Positions 1 to 7,778 of a stretch of DNA of 64,000 nucleotides are shown piece by piece. The translations under genes and the position numbers were made by a program. The notes under the pieces are model-generated. The model did no database searches. It was not told the DNA's origin and was given only the letters and a program-made list of their open reading frames with translations. Each line of letters starts with the position of its first letter. Within the stretch, counting starts at the first letter, position 1. Source of the DNA: an uncultured delta proteobacterium (GTDB lineage: Bacteria > Desulfobacterota > BSN033 > UBA1163); the NCBI GenBank assembly GCA_963827685.1, contig CAWHBU010000005.1, positions 192,001-256,000 of the forward strand, given 5' to 3'.

Positions 1-376
1 TCACGTTCCCTTCTTTTTCGATCTCTTTCCGATGTACCTTCCAGGGGCCTATCGTCTGACCATAGAGAACGAGGCAGGTAGAGAGGGAAGGTCTTTTTAT
101 ATATTCCATCAATGCTTCCACCTTCTCCTCATCCATGCGATCAGCTTCGCGGACGAGAACAAATCGATACGGAGAAAGCATCGGGAGCGTCTGTGCGGCC
201 CGGACGATCTCCTGGCCGCTGTGTTCTTCTCCGTCAAAAAGATGGAAGTTAAATCCTCTTTCTTTTGGAGAAAGTGTTTGATTTAAAAGTTTCTGAATTT
301 CCTCTTCGATGAGGTAGTCCTCAGGCCCGAATAGAAAATAGACCGTGTAAATGTCTGAGGTTGCTTTGGCTTTCAT
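1..376 (-). CDS. holA: DNA polymerase III delta subunit, 5' part (runs off window edge)
   Basis: Not in the ORF track. Manual translation from ATG 376 gives MKAKATSDIYTVYFLFGPEDYLIEEEI...FNFHLFDG...AAQTLPMLSPYRFVLVREAD, the typical HolA N-terminus. It lies downstream of leuS-lptE. Confidence 0.9.
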   Translation of the reverse strand, partial: MKAKATSDIYTVYFLFGPEDYLIEEEIQKLLNQTLSPKERGFNFHLFDGEEHSGQEIVRAAQTLPMLSPYRFVLVREADRMDEEKVEALMEYIKRPSLSTCLVLYGQTIGPWKVHRKEIEKEGNV

Positions 377-385
377 TCTATAACG

Positions 386-3300
386 TCATTCCTTTTTAAA
401 TTCGATTATCTCTTTTTCTATTTCGGGATAGATATTATCAATCTCTTTTTGGATTTCTATCGTCTTGGCCAATGCAGTGACAACTTTGCAGTAGTGCTTG
501 ATGTCATCCAGTGATAAGATTCGTCCTTCTTTTCTTCGGTCTTTCAACCACTTGTCACAAACCCGATAACCGCCGATTTGATATTGCCAGACCTCAGGTA
601 AAATGCCTTCAAAATACTGGTCATTATTTATATAGACTTTTCCTTTCCAATATTTAACCTTTTCAACCTTGTTGCCTCCTTTGCCCTGAAATCTTGCAAC
701 CGGTGAATCAACTTCCGCCGATTTAAGCAGGTGCAAGTCAACAAGCCTGTTTCCGTATTCGGACATATTCCTGAACAGTTTATAGTCCTTTGTAAACGGA
801 ACCCTCGGAAAGTCTATCTTCAGAAACTCTGCATATTTCCCCCTGTATGTCTTGGAATAAAGAACAGCGTAGATGTAACTGAAGATTTCTTCAGGGATGA
901 CTTCTTCTCTATAGGTTTTAAATAAGGACTTGAAGATGTCAGGTTTAATGTTTGGCTCTCTAACCTCCCCCTTGGCGTGAAACAAGCCTTTCCCTTCTTG
1001 TGGCGGATATACGTATAAAGGGAAAACATAAGACTGGATTGTTGACTCACCACATTTCATTTCGACAAGGGTATCACAACAGAAGAAATGATTTACAATT
1101 AATGCCTTGGTGTTCCTTGCAGATATTAAACCAAAATTATCTTTAAGGAAATGGCGCATCATTTCTTGTCTTGCATCACCTCTCGCAATAAGATTTGGCT
1201 GATAGTAAATCCATCTTATATCAAAAGGGCGATACGAAAATCTATGGAATTGGTTTCTCCAATTTTCATTGCTGCGAACCTTGTCTCTCTCTCGTGCAGT
1301 ATTCCAATGGTCACCGTCTTTCAGATGATAAGTTGTGCTGAACAACTCGTCATCCAACTTGGTCTCCCTCATGGTCTGGATTCTTCTTTCCAAGACTTTT
1401 TTATCAATATCTGTTAGGAAGTGGTCACGCCTGGTCTTTACGCCGCTCGAAAAGACATTAAACACTTTTGTGGTAGAAACGAACGTGTCATATATGCTCC
1501 GCAACGAGAAATCCTTTTCATCAAAGAAGTAATGGGGTTCTGTTGGTTTTAGTTTTTTCCATTTTGTTGTCTGGGAGTCAGAAGCGTTTAAATAGCTGTA
1601 TTTAGTTTCTCTTAAGCCGTACACATCCTGATAAAAGACCCTGCATTCTTTCACATGTTTCTCTCTTTTGATGAACAATGCTATAGACACGCCCTGTTGA
1701 ATGTCAAAGACATTTTCATCCTTGCTCCCATCAGGAGACTTTTCACCGAACCGGCTACTCCCATGAAGATTTAGGACGTATATTTCATCGAAACTCTCAA
1801 ATAATTTCTTCCTCATTCCTCTATGGATTAACCCTGAAAGGTATGAGTTATTAGTTATTATTCCTATAATGCCCTTGCCCTCACGGTCAATCTTCCAGTG
1901 GGCAAACCGGATAAACTTTATGTAGTCATCCGAAAGGGGCTGTATGTTTTTTTCTTTAAGGACATCTTCTTTATAGACTTGCATTTCATGTTCTATGAAC
2001 TCAGACTTGTTGACAGAAATTTTGGAATATGGGGGATTGCCTAATATCACCAATATAGGCTGTTCTTTCTTGACCTTTCCTGCAAGGTGTGATTCTTCGG
2101 ACAGGGAAGCCATTCCCGGTAGTTCTGTCTGCGCAAGTTCCTCCATCTCAAGCGTATTCGTAAGGTATAATTTAACCCTGTCATCCTTCTGCAATCTGTA
2201 TCCTAATTCTTCCAACAGGAAGGACATCTTTAAATGACCTACTGCATACGGAGCCATCATCAATTCAAAGGCGTAAAAGTTTCTCAGGATATGGTCTGTT
2301 ATGAAATTCTCTCTGCCGCCCTCTCCGTATTTCGATACAAATTCACCGACAGCCAGTTTAGCCGTCTCTGCCAAAAAGGTAAGCGTCCCAGCAGCAGGGT
2401 CTAGGACCGTGACATTTTTGTCTGCGAAGCCGTCCGGTTTCCTGAATTGTTCCTTCAAGATACTGTGCAATGACCGGACGATATAAGAAACCACCGGTTC
2501 GGGAGTGTAATATACGCCCCTCATCTCCCTTGTTTGGGGGTCATATTCAGATAGGAAGGTTTCATAGAAATGAACGATAGGGTCTTTTCCTTTACCCTCA
2601 TGGAAATATTGATGCAACAGATTGTTCGCGTCCGTAACAGATAGGACTTCGGATATATCATCAATAATCCATTCCATCTGTTGAGGGAGTGACCCTAAAG
2701 AAACAAACTGAAAAACATCTCTCAGGATACCGATCGTCTGAGGGATATTGTCATAGGCAAGTTTTCGGTTAAATCCGTTCTTGGACCGTATCCTTGCTGC
2801 AAATAGTCCATAGGTGATGGTCTGCGCATAAAGGTCTGAAAATTCATTCTCTGTAAGACTGTTGATTAAGTAATCTTTGAAAGCCTTGTAAAAGCCCCTG
2901 ATAAATCCTTTGCCTGTCTGTTCTTCTTCCCTGAGTTCCTGCGCTATAACCTCATCCTTCAAGAAGCGTGTTCTTTTGGCAAGTTCTATTGCAAGGGTCT
3001 TTGCATCATATACTTTTGGGAAAGAGAAGGAGAAGAATTTCTCAAGTAATTTGGCAAAATCAGATTCATTTTCAACTTGGGGGATGGTTTTAAGTTTATG
3101 CAACATAAAAGGTCTGGCAATGGATACTTTGTCGAACAAGGTTCCATTGCGATAAAGCCTAAATTCAAAAAAGTTGGTTAATATCAAGTTAGGAAAGATA
3201 TGAAGATACCGTTTTAATTGGTCGGTTGTTTCTATTAGGTCTAAATATTCAATTGTGGGTGCTTTGGCTTCAATATAACCAACGATGTGTTGTTTTCCGT

Positions 3301-3499
3301 CCCATATTCTAAAATCGGGGTTACCGGCTTCTGTTTTTTTAGGGAGCGTCGTAATATGAAATTTCTTTTTTTCAATAGAATCTCCATAAGTCTTTAAAAG
3401 GTCTTCTAACGTTGAATAATAACTAACTTCCGTAGCATCGCCAGTCTTGCTGACTTCAAATATTTTCTTCAAGTAAGATTTCAGCATATGTTCGGACAT
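386..3499 (-). CDS. Single-chain restriction-modification enzyme (Type IIG / ISP-like): nuclease, N6-adenine methyltransferase and specificity domain
   Basis: 1037 aa. N-terminal PD...EAK (GNPDFRI...GYIEAK), GVYYTPEPVV, motif I VLDPAAGT, motif IV GNPPY, and C-terminal YRPFD and YQIGGY..DKWLKDR typical of the ISP-type C-terminal domain. Confidence 0.85.
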   Translation of the reverse strand: MSEHMLKSYLKKIFEVSKTGDATEVSYYSTLEDLLKTYGDSIEKKKFHITTLPKKTEAGNPDFRIWDGKQHIVGYIEAKAPTIEYLDLIETTDQLKRYLHIFPNLILTNFFEFRLYRNGTLFDKVSIARPFMLHKLKTIPQVENESDFAKLLEKFFSFSFPKVYDAKTLAIELAKRTRFLKDEVIAQELREEEQTGKGFIRGFYKAFKDYLINSLTENEFSDLYAQTITYGLFAARIRSKNGFNRKLAYDNIPQTIGILRDVFQFVSLGSLPQQMEWIIDDISEVLSVTDANNLLHQYFHEGKGKDPIVHFYETFLSEYDPQTREMRGVYYTPEPVVSYIVRSLHSILKEQFRKPDGFADKNVTVLDPAAGTLTFLAETAKLAVGEFVSKYGEGGRENFITDHILRNFYAFELMMAPYAVGHLKMSFLLEELGYRLQKDDRVKLYLTNTLEMEELAQTELPGMASLSEESHLAGKVKKEQPILVILGNPPYSKISVNKSEFIEHEMQVYKEDVLKEKNIQPLSDDYIKFIRFAHWKIDREGKGIIGIITNNSYLSGLIHRGMRKKLFESFDEIYVLNLHGSSRFGEKSPDGSKDENVFDIQQGVSIALFIKREKHVKECRVFYQDVYGLRETKYSYLNASDSQTTKWKKLKPTEPHYFFDEKDFSLRSIYDTFVSTTKVFNVFSSGVKTRRDHFLTDIDKKVLERRIQTMRETKLDDELFSTTYHLKDGDHWNTARERDKVRSNENWRNQFHRFSYRPFDIRWIYYQPNLIARGDARQEMMRHFLKDNFGLISARNTKALIVNHFFCCDTLVEMKCGESTIQSYVFPLYVYPPQEGKGLFHAKGEVREPNIKPDIFKSLFKTYREEVIPEEIFSYIYAVLYSKTYRGKYAEFLKIDFPRVPFTKDYKLFRNMSEYGNRLVDLHLLKSAEVDSPVARFQGKGGNKVEKVKYWKGKVYINNDQYFEGILPEVWQYQIGGYRVCDKWLKDRRKEGRILSLDDIKHYCKVVTALAKTIEIQKEIDNIYPEIEKEIIEFKKE

Positions 3500-3552
3500 C
3501 TTTGACCACTTTCCGTTAAATAGAGGACCTCTAAAACCTACTTCATGCGCTC

Positions 3553-3581
3553 AGATTATAACTTATGGGGGTATATGTCAA
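3553..3581 (-). promoter_or_regulatory. Putative sigma70 promoter for the RM gene and holA
   Basis: Minus strand reads TTGACA, then TATAAT at a 15-nt spacer or TAATCT at a 17-nt spacer, about 55 nt upstream of the RM start. Confidence 0.55.
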
Positions 3582-3621
3582 ACGCAACCTGGGCTGGGCT
3601 TGATTAACAATCCTCTTCAGT

Positions 3622-4785
3622 TCATGGTCTTTTCTTACTCCCCTCATAGAGGTCATACTCCAACAATCTACACTCGATGGGGCCGTTGTAAAAAGGAATT
3701 CTTCTTTTTGTCCTTAACCCTACTTTTTTTGCCAGGTCGAGATTACCGGTAAATACGTACCCCGTATACCCATTACATTTCTTTTTAAAGAAATCCCCAA
3801 TCCCTTTGTAATTCTCCTTTAACTTTTCCATTTCCCCCAGCCGCTCACCATATTCTGGGTTCAGGACAACCACTCCTCCCCCACCCGGGACAGGCGTTTC
3901 CGAAAAGTCACATACACCAAACTCAATGAAACGATTCACACCTGCTGTCGTCGCATTCCTCTTTCCTGCCTCAACAGCCTGCTGACTGATATCCGTGGCA
4001 ATAATCCTTCCATTCAACTTTTCCTTCGCCTCTGCTCTTATTTTCCTGCGGAGAGCTTTCCATGAAGATTCATCAAACCCTTTCAAATGCATAAAACCAT
4101 AATTGCTCCTCAATAAGCCTGGAGCCCTACCAAGAGCGATCAATGCGGCCTCGATGGCAAGCGTTCCACTGCCGCACATCGGATTGACAAAATTCCCATT
4201 GCCCATCCATCCAGTTGCCAGGACAACAGCCGCCGAGAGGGTCTCCTGCATCGGCGCCCTGAGAGGGATCATTCTGTACCCACGCCTGGAGAGAGGTTCT
4301 CCGGACGCATCGAGAAAAACTTGACAAAGATTACTCCTCCAGTAGAGATGAATCACAACCCTGTCTCTTTCAGAACCGGTATCAGGTCTGCGCCCACGCT
4401 TTTCTTTAATCCTGTCCACCACGGCATCCTTGCATTTCACATTTGCAAACCTTGAATCCTTAATAGTCGGGTTGTGAACAGAAGAGGTGACAGAAAAATA
4501 ACTATCCTCTGAAATAAAATCTTCCCAACTGATTCGTGATATCCTTTTATAAAGATCGTCAGGAGTCTTCGCATTGAATGACTCGAGAAGAAAAAGAAGT
4601 CGCTGTCCTGTTCGGATCAGCAGGTTGAGTCTTAATGTGTCCTCCATCGTCCCTTCCGTCTCGACCTCTGCCTTTCCCTCTGATAAGACTGGAAACCCTA
4701 AGGAAAGAATCTCCTGCTTTAGAAAGGGCGAAACTCCCTTAGCACAAGTAATGACGATCCTGCTCTTTTTTGACCAAAAAGACAT
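3622..4785 (-). CDS. THUMP-domain class I SAM RNA methyltransferase (RlmL/YpsC-like)
   Basis: Motifs KCKDAVVD, LDASGEPLSRRGYR, APMQETL, NPMCGSGT and NPEYGERL. Confidence 0.88.
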   Translation of the reverse strand: MSFWSKKSRIVITCAKGVSPFLKQEILSLGFPVLSEGKAEVETEGTMEDTLRLNLLIRTGQRLLFLLESFNAKTPDDLYKRISRISWEDFISEDSYFSVTSSVHNPTIKDSRFANVKCKDAVVDRIKEKRGRRPDTGSERDRVVIHLYWRSNLCQVFLDASGEPLSRRGYRMIPLRAPMQETLSAAVVLATGWMGNGNFVNPMCGSGTLAIEAALIALGRAPGLLRSNYGFMHLKGFDESSWKALRRKIRAEAKEKLNGRIIATDISQQAVEAGKRNATTAGVNRFIEFGVCDFSETPVPGGGGVVVLNPEYGERLGEMEKLKENYKGIGDFFKKKCNGYTGYVFTGNLDLAKKVGLRTKRRIPFYNGPIECRLLEYDLYEGSKKRP

Positions 4786-4848
4786 AGGGATCTCGATATA
4801 CCCAAATATTCTATGAATTCGGAATGCAAGGGTTCAAAGAAATGCAAA

Positions 4849-4914
4849 TTGCTTATTATTATAAGCAAAAAAATATTTATTTCAATTGCCATTTGTTATA
4901 TAAATTGGTAAAAT
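4849..4914 (+). promoter_or_regulatory. Palindrome and sigma70 promoter upstream of the small-protein/nucleotidyltransferase pair
   Basis: TTGCTTAT-tatt-ATAAGCAA at 4849-4868. TTGCCA (4886)-17 nt-TAAAAT (4909) with an extended TG. Confidence 0.5.
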
Positions 4915-4922
4915 TTAACATA

Positions 4923-5117
4923 ATGAAAAAGGATCCGCATATCCTTAAATTATCTTCGGACGATGAGAAAAAGGAGCTTGAGTTCGAACTCGACTACCTC
5001 TCCTCATTGACCTTTGAAGAGCGGCTCAAGATGATGAGAGAAAAATCAAGAGAAATGTTAAAGCAAATGATTGATCATGGACATCGAAGAGCTGTTGAAA
5101 TCATTAAACGCCCATAA
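4923..5117 (+). CDS. Small helical protein, partner of the downstream nucleotidyltransferase (antitoxin-like)
   Basis: 64 aa from ATG 4923 (ELDYLSSLTFEERLKMM), overlapping the next gene. Confidence 0.6.
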   Translation: MKKDPHILKLSSDDEKKELEFELDYLSSLTFEERLKMMREKSREMLKQMIDHGHRRAVEIIKRP

Positions 5118-5523
5118 TGTTGAATTTGTCATCATCGGAGCAACCGCTTTTCCCATCCATGGATATGCGAGGGCAACCCTTGATATTGATATTTTTATCC
5201 ACCCCGAACTTGAGAATGCGGGCCGCACACTCGATGCCCTTCGAGATTTTGGCTATGACACGGCTGAGATCACTGTCGAAGATTTATTGACACGGAAAGT
5301 ATTGATTCGCCAATATCTGGTAGAGACAGATATCCATCCTTTTGTCACTGGAATCACATTCGATCAAGTATGGAAAAACCGGATTCCCGGAACTTTTGGG
5401 AAGGAAAAAGCTTACTATGCCTCTTTGGATGACCTCATCGTGATGAAGGAATCTGCCGGGAGACCAAAGGATCTCGAAGATCTTAAAGTCCTAAAAATCC
5501 TCAAAGAGAAGAGAAATAAATAA
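5077..5523 (+). CDS. Small nucleotidyltransferase (pol-beta superfamily, DUF6036/AbiEii-like)
   Basis: VIIGATA..HGYARATLDIDI and C-terminal K..AGRPKDLEDL. Confidence 0.75.
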   Translation: MDIEELLKSLNAHNVEFVIIGATAFPIHGYARATLDIDIFIHPELENAGRTLDALRDFGYDTAEITVEDLLTRKVLIRQYLVETDIHPFVTGITFDQVWKNRIPGTFGKEKAYYASLDDLIVMKESAGRPKDLEDLKVLKILKEKRNK

Positions 5524-5556
5524 AAAACAAGAGATTCCTTCTTCTCTGCCACTTTT

Positions 5557-6480
5557 TTAAAGTTCTTCAGGGGTAAAAGCCACCACTTCATCAATCATCT
5601 CGGCATCCCCAAAAACCATGACCAGCCGATCCACCCCGAGTGCGATGCCAGCCGATGGAGGCATATTGTCTAATTCGGCTAAGAATTTATCGGGCATCGG
5701 ATAGATGCATTTGCCAAGGCATTGGCGATTTTCATTTTCTACGTGAAAACGCTTTCTTTGCTCTTTTGAATCAACCAATTCCGAAAAACCATTAGCCAGC
5801 TCCAAACCACCGATATAAAGTTCAAAACGTTCTGCAACAGTTTGATCTTCCCGCTTCAGCCGGGCGAGTGCTCCACGCTGAGCAGGGTAATCATAAATAA
5901 ATGTCGGTTTTTCTACTCCTAGTCTCGGCTCAATGTCCTGAACCATGATTTCATCAAAAAGGTTTCGCTCCAGTGCTTCAGTCACGGAGGTCTGGGTGTA
6001 ACCATGAAATGCCTCCTTGACAGAAATTCTTTCCCATGGCTCGGACAGATCAATCTTATGACCACGGAAAACGATATCTTGCCCCAAACCAACAGCCCTG
6101 TCCACGGATCGGATCAATTCCTCACATTCCTCCATCAAAGAACGGTAGTCACCACCTGCTCTATACCACTCCAGAAGAGTAAATTCAGGGAGGTGCAGGC
6201 TCCCTCGCTCTCTTTCTCTCCAGCACCGGCAGATTTGAAAGATCTTCCCATATCCTGCTGCCATCATACGTTTCATACAAATTTCGGGAGAGGTGTGAAG
6301 GAACCATGTATCGGAGGGAACGGCATCAATATGAGATTCTGGTGCAGGGGTGGCAATTCGGTGGGGGGTCTCTACTTCCAGATAGCCTTTTTCAATAAAA
6401 AACTGCCTGATCCCCTGTAGGACACGTGCCCTTTGTTGAAGGTTTTCTTTGCGTCTTGCAAGTGGCCAGTTTTTCGCCAC
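5557..6480 (-). CDS. epmA: EF-P lysine-lysine ligase
   Basis: LysRS catalytic-domain paralog (LHTSPE, HLPEFTLLEWYR, ELANGFSEL, GIALGVDRL) next to efp. Start taken at GTG 6480. Confidence 0.92.
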   Translation of the reverse strand: MAKNWPLARRKENLQQRARVLQGIRQFFIEKGYLEVETPHRIATPAPESHIDAVPSDTWFLHTSPEICMKRMMAAGYGKIFQICRCWRERERGSLHLPEFTLLEWYRAGGDYRSLMEECEELIRSVDRAVGLGQDIVFRGHKIDLSEPWERISVKEAFHGYTQTSVTEALERNLFDEIMVQDIEPRLGVEKPTFIYDYPAQRGALARLKREDQTVAERFELYIGGLELANGFSELVDSKEQRKRFHVENENRQCLGKCIYPMPDKFLAELDNMPPSAGIALGVDRLVMVFGDAEMIDEVVAFTPEEL

Positions 6481-6484
6481 GAAC

Positions 6485-7048
6485 CTACTCTTTGACCCTT
6501 TTCGAAAATTCACCCGTTCGGGTATCAATGGTAATCAGCTCACCTTCTTCGATGAACGGAGGGACGCGAAGTACATAGCCGGTTTCTAACGTAGCGGGCT
6601 TGAAATCCGCCTTCGAGGTATCTCCTCTCACCCAAGGCTCCGTCTTAATTACCCTGAGATTGACGAAGTTCGGCAACTCGACCCCAATCGCTCTATCTCC
6701 GAACAACAGGACCTCCACATTAAAATTTTCGATCAGAAAGTTCTTGGCATCCCCCAGAGATTCCTCGTTGATAATGATCTGTTCGTAGGTTTCATTATCC
6801 ATGAAGTGATAGTGATCACCTTCCTTATAAAGAAATTGCATGGCTCGTTCTTCTAATGAAGCGGGCTCGAAGGTTTCTCCCTCACGATACGTTCTATCAA
6901 TACTTAAGCCCGTGATCATATTCCTCAGTTTCGTCCGATAAAGGGCTTGGCCCTTGCCGGGTTTGGAAAATTCGAAAGCCGTCACGATGTACGGTTCTCC
7001 ATCAATGATGACTTTCAAGCCCTTTCTTAAATCCGAAGCAGTATACAT
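6485..7048 (-). CDS. efp: Elongation factor P
   Basis: KPGKGQA loop, KPATLETG, VPPFIEEGE. Confidence 0.97.
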   Translation of the reverse strand: MYTASDLRKGLKVIIDGEPYIVTAFEFSKPGKGQALYRTKLRNMITGLSIDRTYREGETFEPASLEERAMQFLYKEGDHYHFMDNETYEQIIINEESLGDAKNFLIENFNVEVLLFGDRAIGVELPNFVNLRVIKTEPWVRGDTSKADFKPATLETGYVLRVPPFIEEGELITIDTRTGEFSKRVKE

Positions 7049-7062
7049 AGCTTATTCTTTTT

Positions 7063-7145
7063 CCCTCATCCCCTTCCGCCCTCAAGGGGCAAAGGTAAGC
7101 CTGCTTGCCCTGCCTATTGCAGGCAGGCGCAGGCAGGGGTGGGGG
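7063..7145. repeat. REP-like hairpin carrying two nested CCTGC...GCAGG palindromes
   Basis: CCCTCATCCC...GGTGGGGG host. Outer CCTGCTTGC|CGCAGGCAGG spans 7100-7137; inner CCTGCCTATTGCAGGCAGG spans 7109-7127. Confidence 0.7.
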
Positions 7146-7160
7146 TAAATCTTCATTCCG

Positions 7161-7778
7161 TCAAAAATTATAAAAGAAACGCTCTCGAATTCGTTCCGCC
7201 ATGGATCCTGCCGTCTTTTGAATGGCAGCTTGTTTAGCCGCTTCGTTGGTAACACCACTGGATGAAGCCCGAAACCATTGGCTTTCACTCAAACCATTCT
7301 CCTCCCAAAGGACCTTCCCGGTCCGGTCCTTCAGAGATAAACCGACGACGATACCGATCTGATATTGCAAAACAAAACCAGATTTATCATAAGCAACTGA
7401 ATAGGTGGTAAAAGATCCGACAACACCTTCCAAAATGGCATCTGCTTCTGCCCGGCTTACGACCTTCACCCTTCTATCTTGGATGAACTCGTTCAAAAAA
7501 GCTTGAGTGAATGGGATTTCAATTCCAGGCTCAAAGGTATTGTTTTTGAACGTTGGGATGGCAATGGAACTGAGACCTGGTGGAACATGTGTCTCCTTAC
7601 CGACCATCTGGTATCCACAGGCCACTAGCAGAACCAGGCTGATAATTGATAACCACCTGTAATTTCGGATTTCGGATTGCGGATTGGGGAATTTCTCTGT
7701 GGTTGAGTTAACAGGTAAAGACCCTAAACTGACATTCTGGATTCTGTCTTCTGTATTCATCTTTTCCGTTCTTAACAT
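7161..7778 (-). CDS. lptE: LPS-assembly lipoprotein LptE
   Basis: Lipobox [17 protein letters not shown], located directly after leuS. Confidence 0.85.
   Translation of the reverse strand: MLRTEKMNTEDRIQNVSLGSLPVNSTTEKFPNPQSEIRNYRWLSIISLVLLVACGYQMVGKETHVPPGLSSIAIPTFKNNTFEPGIEIPFTQAFLNEFIQDRRVKVVSRAEADAILEGVVGSFTTYSVAYDKSGFVLQYQIGIVVGLSLKDRTGKVLWEENGLSESQWFRASSSGVTNEAAKQAAIQKTAGSMAERIRERFFYNF
7662..7758. repeat. 7-bp-period arrays inside the lptE 5' region
   Basis: ATTTCGG ATTTCGG ATTGCGG ATTGGGG (7662-7689) and ATTCTGG ATTCTGT CTTCTGT ATTC (7734-7758). Confidence 0.7.

Noticed and set aside
32-286. 84-aa plus-strand ORF
   Set aside because: It is antisense to the clearly recognisable holA.
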